Positions 57,924 through 64,000 of a DNA stretch of 64,000 nucleotides are shown piece by piece (the stretch's first letter is position 1; each line of letters starts with the position of its first letter). Source of the stretch: Chthonomonadaceae bacterium (GTDB taxonomy: Bacteria; Armatimonadota; Chthonomonadetes; Chthonomonadales; Chthonomonadaceae); the NCBI GenBank assembly GCA_035650735.1, contig DASRGZ010000173.1:1-64000 (forward strand), read 5' to 3'. The translations under genes and the position numbers were made by a program. The notes beneath the pieces are model-generated. The model did no database searches. It saw only the letters and a program-made list of their open reading frames with translations, and was not told the DNA's origin.

Positions 57924-58943
57924 TTACTGCCAGGGCTTGAGCAGGATTTTGGCGCAGTTGTGCGAGGCGGAAACCTCCATCGCCTGCTGGATCTCGCTCA
58001 TGGGTATCTCGTGGCTAATCAGCTTGTCCAGCAGCGGCGATTTCTGAATGACCTGCATGATCTGCGGGAAGAGCGCCAGGTTGTAGTGCCAGGAGCCGAT
58101 GAGCTTAAGCCCCTTGCGGATCATATCCGGGCTAATGCGCAGACGCAGCTCGTCGTCGTAGCACTCGCCGACAAAGGCCAGGCTACCCTTGCGTCGTAAA
58201 GCGTCAATGCAGACTCGCTGCGCCTGGGGCACGCCGGAGCAGTCCAGCGCCTTATCTACTCCACGCCCCTGCGTCAGATCCCGGATCTGGCTCACCACGT
58301 TCTCGCTCTTCGGATCGATCACGGCCTCTGCGCCAAGCTGTTTCGCGCGCTCCACGCGCCAGGGATGGCCCTCCACCACGATAGGCCGCGCGCCCCGGTA
58401 GACGGCGTTGACAATCGCGCCCAGCCCGACCGGCCCGGCCCCCGTAATTAGCACCGTATCGAACGCATCCACACCCATCAGGTCAAACGCGCCAAACGAC
58501 GGCCCCAGTGCGCAGCAGGCCAGCGAGGCGTGCTCGTAGGAGACGCCCTCCGGGATTTTGGGCAGCAGCCAGGAGGGCTTGAGGATATACTGGCCCATCG
58601 TGGCGCTACCCTCCAGCGAGCCGTGCAGCCGGGCGTAATCGGCGGCTTGCTCGCAATGGATATAGTCGCCGCCCACGCAGAGCGAGCACGTGCCGCATCC
58701 GGCCAGCGGCATGGCGACCACGCGATCCCCGACCTTGACGCGCCCCGGCTGGGCGACCGCGACCACTTCGCCCGCCGCCTCATGCCCCAGATGCTCGGCG
58801 CGATTTCCGGCCAGGAACGCTTTGTACTCCGTACACATGGGCGCGACATGCACCTTCACCAGAACCCAGTCCTCTTTCGGGCGCGGGTCCGGCACTTCCA
58901 CGATCTCGGCCCGACGTGGGCCGCTCACGACCACTTTTTGCAT
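57924..58943 (-). CDS. Zn-dependent alcohol/polyol dehydrogenase (MDR family)
   Basis: C, GHE, CGTCSLC...C, GAGPVG. Confidence 0.9.
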   Translation of the reverse strand: MQKVVVSGPRRAEIVEVPDPRPKEDWVLVKVHVAPMCTEYKAFLAGNRAEHLGHEAAGEVVAVAQPGRVKVGDRVVAMPLAGCGTCSLCVGGDYIHCEQAADYARLHGSLEGSATMGQYILKPSWLLPKIPEGVSYEHASLACCALGPSFGAFDLMGVDAFDTVLITGAGPVGLGAIVNAVYRGARPIVVEGHPWRVERAKQLGAEAVIDPKSENVVSQIRDLTQGRGVDKALDCSGVPQAQRVCIDALRRKGSLAFVGECYDDELRLRISPDMIRKGLKLIGSWHYNLALFPQIMQVIQKSPLLDKLISHEIPMSEIQQAMEVSASHNCAKILLKPWQ

Positions 58944-58954
58944 CTATCTCTCCC

Positions 58955-60976
58955 TTAAATTGGAATCACTTTGTAAGTCTGCACGCCGGTAAGGGTGCCG
59001 AAGAGCGCCCAGAGACCGCCGGAGACGTAATCGCCCAGGATCAGGCCGATAAAGAACGGCAGCAACTGACGGTAGAGCTTCATCCCGCCATAGCGCAGAA
59101 TCAATGCCTTGATCAGCCAGCCGACAAACGTCGCGCACCAGAGCCAGGGCATCGTAAACGTCCCGGCCAGCGCGTAGCCGACCGGGTGAAACGGCCACCA
59201 GAGAAAACGCGCCCGGCCCGCCATTAGCAGCCCCATGACCAGCATCCCGATGCCCATGCCTTGCAGGCGCAGCACATCAAACCGATTGGGCGTATCTATC
59301 CAGCCGGAGAGAATGTTCCAGGGCGTGCGGCCCATCGAGGTGCGCCAGCTATCTACGTGCGCCGATCCCGCGCCGTAGCGGTAATAGCAGGCCAGGATGG
59401 CGGCCCAGGCAACCAGCGTGCCCAGGACGGTTGCCAGCAGGATCGCCCCAAAAACCTGCCGCTGCCGCATGCGCGCTTCGCCCGCGATCTTGAACGCCTC
59501 CAACTGGTAGGGCATCAAGGTTGGGCGGTAATCCAGGTCCATCCACTGAAACTGGGTCAGCCCGACCAGGTTCTGCATCCCGTAGACCTGCGGGTTGGCG
59601 GCGGAGGTAAGCATCTGATGCGGGGTCATGTCCGGCCCAAACGCCCAGGGCAGGCCCGCCTCCGCCCGCAGGCGCGTGTAGGTAACCACCACCAGCAGAT
59701 AGAGCAGGAAGAAGAGCGCCGCCAGCCAGGCCGACATGCCAAGCGCCACCGCAAACGCCGTCATCCCCACAAAGCCGAGTACCGTGCCCGCCAGCGCCCA
59801 GCGATAGGGAAGCGGCTCCTTGCTGTCGTCCCCGGCGGCCCCGTCCGACCGGAAGGCCGTGCGGAATACCTCCCGCAGATAGCCGCGCATGTTCCACAGC
59901 GAGAACAGCGCCAGCCCGATAAACGCGCCAAACGCCTGCTCCCCGATATAAGGAATGCGCGCCAGGGCCGGGCGCGCCCCCGGATCGCGAAAGCCCAGCG
60001 CCGTCGTGATCACGTCCTCCGCCTTGCGCACAAAAAAGAAGAACCAGCAGGAGAAGGAGACATCCGTGGGCAGGAAGTAGACTACGCCGATAACTACCGG
60101 GTAGAACGACATCTCCAGCGTGCCAACGGCGTTCCAGGGCGAGGTGGTGAAGAGGGACGTCAGGCTCAGGCGCGGATCGCTAGGCTTGAGGGGCACGAAG
60201 GGAATGGATGGATAGAGATAGGCGATGCCGGCGAGGTTCTCCAGCGCAAAGGCGGCCAGAAACCCGGCCCACAGGAACTTATTGGCAAACAGGGCGCGAT
60301 TGCCGCCGTCGCGGGTCATCTCCAGCGGCAGCAGGACGATGGGGAAAGTCAGCCGCTCCTGCTCGACCCAGCGCCGCCGCAGGATCGCGCTCAGGCAGAG
60401 TGTCGTAAAGAGCATGACCACGATAAAGGCCGACCAGGCCAGGATCGGGCCGAGCCAGGCGGAAACGTGCGCCCACGTAAAGAACGAGGACTGGCCGTGA
60501 TAGAACCCGCGCAGCGCGTCCGGGCGGGGAAACGCCCAGGCGCGCAGGTACGGGTGAAACTTCTCCGCCCACTGGTTTTCGGGCGTCGCCTCGTGCAGAC
60601 CGCTCGCCTGCATCATAATGAGAAACTGCATCATGCCGACGCTGCTGATGCTGATGGATACCGTCTGCAAGATATAGATGAAGAGCAGCTCCGCCTGCGT
60701 CAGCGCCAGGCGCGGCAGCCATCGTTTCAGGGCAGCGTTGACGGCCAGCAGCACCAGCAGCGCGAAGGTCACTCCGACGCCAAGCGCCGTGACGGCCAGT
60801 TCGGTGGACTGGGCCACGATGTCGCTGTAGACGTTCCAGAAGCAGAGCGCCGGAATGAGTAGCGTGCCGATGAGAAGCGCACGCGGAGTGATGCCGTAGG
60901 CGCTCAGGCGGCGTGCCCGGACGCCGCCCTGCGGCTGCGATGGCGTTTGTCGTTGGGACGGCGCGGGTCGCATCAT
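58955..60976 (-). CDS. DUF6785/DUF6784-type polytopic membrane protein, paralog 3
   Basis: RRRWVEQERLTFP, LPTDVSFSCWFF, RLRAEAG, WWPFHPVGY, LRYGG..LY...PFFIGLILGD. Confidence 0.75.
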   Translation of the reverse strand: MMRPAPSQRQTPSQPQGGVRARRLSAYGITPRALLIGTLLIPALCFWNVYSDIVAQSTELAVTALGVGVTFALLVLLAVNAALKRWLPRLALTQAELLFIYILQTVSISISSVGMMQFLIMMQASGLHEATPENQWAEKFHPYLRAWAFPRPDALRGFYHGQSSFFTWAHVSAWLGPILAWSAFIVVMLFTTLCLSAILRRRWVEQERLTFPIVLLPLEMTRDGGNRALFANKFLWAGFLAAFALENLAGIAYLYPSIPFVPLKPSDPRLSLTSLFTTSPWNAVGTLEMSFYPVVIGVVYFLPTDVSFSCWFFFFVRKAEDVITTALGFRDPGARPALARIPYIGEQAFGAFIGLALFSLWNMRGYLREVFRTAFRSDGAAGDDSKEPLPYRWALAGTVLGFVGMTAFAVALGMSAWLAALFFLLYLLVVVTYTRLRAEAGLPWAFGPDMTPHQMLTSAANPQVYGMQNLVGLTQFQWMDLDYRPTLMPYQLEAFKIAGEARMRQRQVFGAILLATVLGTLVAWAAILACYYRYGAGSAHVDSWRTSMGRTPWNILSGWIDTPNRFDVLRLQGMGIGMLVMGLLMAGRARFLWWPFHPVGYALAGTFTMPWLWCATFVGWLIKALILRYGGMKLYRQLLPFFIGLILGDYVSGGLWALFGTLTGVQTYKVIPI

Positions 60977-60984
60977 CGCCCGGC

Positions 60985-62037
60985 TCAATCGGCGATGGGG
61001 GCCGGGTTGTGCTCCCAATCGAGAATGACGCCCAGGTAACTCTCCTTCTCGTGCAGTAGTCCCTGGTAAGCGTTATTCAGCTCGGCGGGCGGCAGGACAT
61101 GGGAGATGAGCGGCGTCACCTGGAGGCTGCCGTCGCCGATCATGCGCAGGATCAGCTCGGCGTTGGCCTCGGTGGTTACGCCCGGGCTCTGGCGCTTCAG
61201 CAGCGGGATCGTCCACTCCAGCGCACCGATGATCTCGACGCCGTGGAAGTGCGCCCGCTTGAGCGCAACGGTGACGTCGCCCTGATAGGGCGCGCGCGGC
61301 GTGCCGAGCATGATGACCTGCCCATTGTTGGCTACGTGGTGTACCGCCTGCTCGACGATGCGCGAGTCGCCGACGGCGTCCACGACGATAGGCGGGTTAA
61401 CGCCGCCGTTCAGGGCGTTCACTCGCGCCCAGAGCTCGTCTTCCGAAAGCTCGGACGGATCGAGGGTCGCGTAGAAGCCGACTCTCTCGGCCAGGGCCCG
61501 CCGCTTGGCCGCGAGGTCTATGCCGATGACGCGCTGCCCATCCCGCTGGAAGAACTGCCCGGCCAGGTTCCCGACCAGCCCCAGGCCGATCATGACGACC
61601 GTATCGCCCAGCGCGGCCCGCGCCCGGCGAATGCCGGTGATCGCTACGCCCGCCATGCGCGCCATGACCGCCGTCGTCGAGTCCAATCCCTCCGGCACGG
61701 GCACGCAGAGCCGCTTGGCCGTGTCCTCCAGCGCATAGGAAGCGTGGTTGTAGATGCCGTAGACCCGCTGCCCCGGCGCGATGCCCTGCACGTCCGGTCC
61801 GATCGCCTGCACGCGCCCGATGCCGCCGTAGCCGGGCCGCCAGGGATAGGCGCACCATCGGCCCGGCACGCGCGTATCCGGGTCCAGGCCGGTGTAGTTG
61901 GCCAACTCTGTGCCGGCGCTGACGATGGTGCGCTCTATCTTCACCAGCACCTGCGTTCCCTGCGGCTCGTCCGGCAGGTCAAACTCCTCAAACCGCACCG
62001 TCTGTTCGGCAACGATGCTCGCGCGAACGGCTTTCAT
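60985..62037 (-). CDS. MDR family alcohol dehydrogenase (no structural Zn)
   Basis: SAGTE, YPWRPGY, GLGLVG; RBS AGGAG. Confidence 0.85.
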   Translation of the reverse strand: MKAVRASIVAEQTVRFEEFDLPDEPQGTQVLVKIERTIVSAGTELANYTGLDPDTRVPGRWCAYPWRPGYGGIGRVQAIGPDVQGIAPGQRVYGIYNHASYALEDTAKRLCVPVPEGLDSTTAVMARMAGVAITGIRRARAALGDTVVMIGLGLVGNLAGQFFQRDGQRVIGIDLAAKRRALAERVGFYATLDPSELSEDELWARVNALNGGVNPPIVVDAVGDSRIVEQAVHHVANNGQVIMLGTPRAPYQGDVTVALKRAHFHGVEIIGALEWTIPLLKRQSPGVTTEANAELILRMIGDGSLQVTPLISHVLPPAELNNAYQGLLHEKESYLGVILDWEHNPAPIAD

Positions 62038-62068
62038 GCTTCTTTCTCCTATGTAAGGGGTTCCATTG

Positions 62069-63370
62069 TTATGGGGAGAGGCTAGCGGTAAGGGCGTTAG
62101 CCTCGTCTTGGCGTCCGGCGTCGTGGAGCGCCTGCGCCAACTGGCGGCGTGCCTGCTGATCATCAGGCTGCATCTCCAGGATACGCTTGTACTCCACGAT
62201 AGCCCGCTTCAGGCTGCCCACCCGATAGTATTCGCGGGCCAGAGCCCGGTGAGCGTTTATGTCGTTGGGCTTGAGGGTCACCCCCAGGGTCAGACGCGCC
62301 AGGGTATCGCTGAGCGTATGGTCTTGTTTGTGCTGCTTGAGAAGCTCCGCTCCCTTTTGCGTCTCTCCCTTTTGAATGTAAAGCTGTCCCAGGTGCAAAA
62401 GCACTTGCTCCGTATGGCTATCGGCGGCGCGCACCTGCTCCAGGTCGCGCAGGGCGGCGTCGGTCTGGCCGAGCATCTTCTCGGCGACGCCCCGGATATA
62501 GAGGGCGCGTATATTTCCGGGATGCAGCTGAAGCGCCTGGTTGGCAGCGTCAATTGCGGCGGGCGCGTTGCGCATCTGGATATAGATCTGCGCGCGCTCC
62601 AGCAGCAGCAGGCCCTTATCCGGCAGAATTTTGAGCGCCTCGTCTATGGTTTTGAGCGCATCGGGGTAGCGCTGGGCGTGCCGATAAACTTCGATCAGGG
62701 GGCCGATGCTGGAGGCGTCCTGAGGATCGAGCCGCCGCGCGGTCAGCAGTTCCCGCTCCGAAGCTCGAAAGTCGTTATTCTGGAAGTAGACCATGCCGAG
62801 CGTCACGTGCAGGCGCGGATCGTTGGGCAATTGCTTCAGGGCGCGGATGAGCAGTTGTTCCGCCTCGCGATTCCAGCCGAAAGCGATATATTTATAAGCC
62901 AGCAAGGAGAGCGCCTGGCCGTTATTAGGGTCAAGCTCCAGCGCGCGGCGGAACTCCTCCGCCGCCAGGTCGGGTAATCCGCTTACGTCGTAGATCTGGC
63001 CCAGGGCGACGTGCGGCTCGGCGCTTTGCGGGTTGAGCTGCGCGGCGATACGCGCCTCCTGCGCGGCCTGCGGGTACTTGAGCGCCCGGCCCAGCACAGC
63101 GGCCAGCGCCAGATGCGCCTGGAAATTCTGCGGATCGGCGGCGACGCGCTTGCGGGCCGCCGCTTCCTCGGCTTTTTGCCGCTCCAGCGCGCGGAGGGCC
63201 TGGGCCTTTTGGGCGGTATCCTGCTCAATCCGGGCGGTTTCGCGGCTTAAGCGGGCGCGCAGCGGCCAGGTAGCCAGCCAGGCGACCGCCAGGATACCCA
63301 GGACGATCAGCAGAATGCGGTCACGCCTGGAAAGACGGCCTGCGGTGGGTGAGAGCGAGAACGGCTTCAA
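62069..63370 (-). CDS. Membrane-anchored TPR protein
   Basis: N-terminal TM, coiled segment, many TPR units (AL.L.P...A). Confidence 0.8.
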   Translation of the reverse strand: MKPFSLSPTAGRLSRRDRILLIVLGILAVAWLATWPLRARLSRETARIEQDTAQKAQALRALERQKAEEAAARKRVAADPQNFQAHLALAAVLGRALKYPQAAQEARIAAQLNPQSAEPHVALGQIYDVSGLPDLAAEEFRRALELDPNNGQALSLLAYKYIAFGWNREAEQLLIRALKQLPNDPRLHVTLGMVYFQNNDFRASERELLTARRLDPQDASSIGPLIEVYRHAQRYPDALKTIDEALKILPDKGLLLLERAQIYIQMRNAPAAIDAANQALQLHPGNIRALYIRGVAEKMLGQTDAALRDLEQVRAADSHTEQVLLHLGQLYIQKGETQKGAELLKQHKQDHTLSDTLARLTLGVTLKPNDINAHRALAREYYRVGSLKRAIVEYKRILEMQPDDQQARRQLAQALHDAGRQDEANALTASLSP

Positions 63371-63371
63371 T

Positions 63372-64000
63372 TCAGGGACTTGCTTCCTTACTCAGAGCGC
63401 GGGCTGAGAGCGCTGCGCTCGTTTGCGCGACGGCTTGCGCTTCGCTCTGTCTGCCCATAGATTTCAAGGCCGAAACCAGCAAGCGGCGCGCCTGGCCATC
63501 GGTTGGGCGCAGCTGGAGCGTGCGGCGCAGCTCCACGACTGCCTGCGGGGCGCGGTCCGATTTCAAGTACCAGAGGGCGACGCTGCGATGGGCGCTTGCA
63601 TCGTTGGGATGGGCGCTTACGGCGGCGCGCGCCTCGGCAAAATGGCGGGCATTAGCTTCCGCCGTCGTATAGAGCGAGATCAGGCGCTCGCCTTCGGCGC
63701 GTCTGGCCGGCTCTGACGCGCGCCGATAGATCCGACCCAATTGGAGTGCGACGGATTCAAACTGGATATCCTGGCGCGCGGCAAGCGCATAGTGACTTTC
63801 CGCTTCCGCCATCTTGCCCTGTAGCTCCAGCGCCCGACCCAGCCAGTAGTGGGCTTCCAGGTCGTCGGGACTCTGGCGCAGGGCCATGCGCGCCATCTGC
63901 TCCGCCTCCGCATAGCGCAGGGGCTTCCAGCTCGGCTCCAGCAGCAGGTGAGCCAGGCGCGTATAATCACGCGCCTGGACGGAGGGATCCGCGGAGAGCC
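63372..64000 (-). CDS. TPR protein, 5' end outside the window
   Basis: ALRQSPDDLEAHYWLG, LQLRPTDGQA. Confidence 0.7.
   Translation of the reverse strand, partial: LSADPSVQARDYTRLAHLLLEPSWKPLRYAEAEQMARMALRQSPDDLEAHYWLGRALELQGKMAEAESHYALAARQDIQFESVALQLGRIYRRASEPARRAEGERLISLYTTAEANARHFAEARAAVSAHPNDASAHRSVALWYLKSDRAPQAVVELRRTLQLRPTDGQARRLLVSALKSMGRQSEAQAVAQTSAALSARALSKEASP

Noticed and set aside
59261..60862. Long antisense ORFs (also 45045-46430, 34673-35917, 20287-21414)
   Set aside because: Shadows of high-GC genes on the opposite strand, with no motifs or RBS

Overview
GC-rich bacterial chromosomal window, most likely Armatimonadota (Chthonomonas-like). This is inferred from the combination of DUF1559/prepilin-like proteins, three DUF6785-type membrane proteins, a PEP-CTERM protein, an LptA/OstA-like protein and a Uma2 nuclease. 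Housekeeping or recognisable genes include rnpB (RNase P RNA), galK, comM/yifB, phhB and uxuA. The dominant feature is a ~24 kb co-oriented minus-strand locus (30715-54400) headed by a DeoR regulator. It holds a tandem duplicated cassette of a DUF1559 pilin-like protein plus a small single-TM protein, a DUF6785-type permease, several unclassified glycoside-hydrolase-like proteins and a full set of amino-sugar/sugar-acid catabolic enzymes, with no ABC, MFS, PTS or TonB transporter. It looks like a lineage-specific carbohydrate utilisation locus with an unusual uptake module. The other two DUF6785 paralogs are also tightly coupled to sugar enzymes. The accessory regions show decay and repeat activity: two toxin-antitoxin modules with truncated VapC toxins, a triply disrupted PEP-CTERM gene, an internally deleted gene remnant, and several palindromic repeat families, one inserted in frame in a STAND/TPR gene and one possibly in RNase P helix P12. 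No CRISPR array, rRNA, tRNA, transposase or integrase was seen. All family assignments come from motif recognition by eye, not from database searches.
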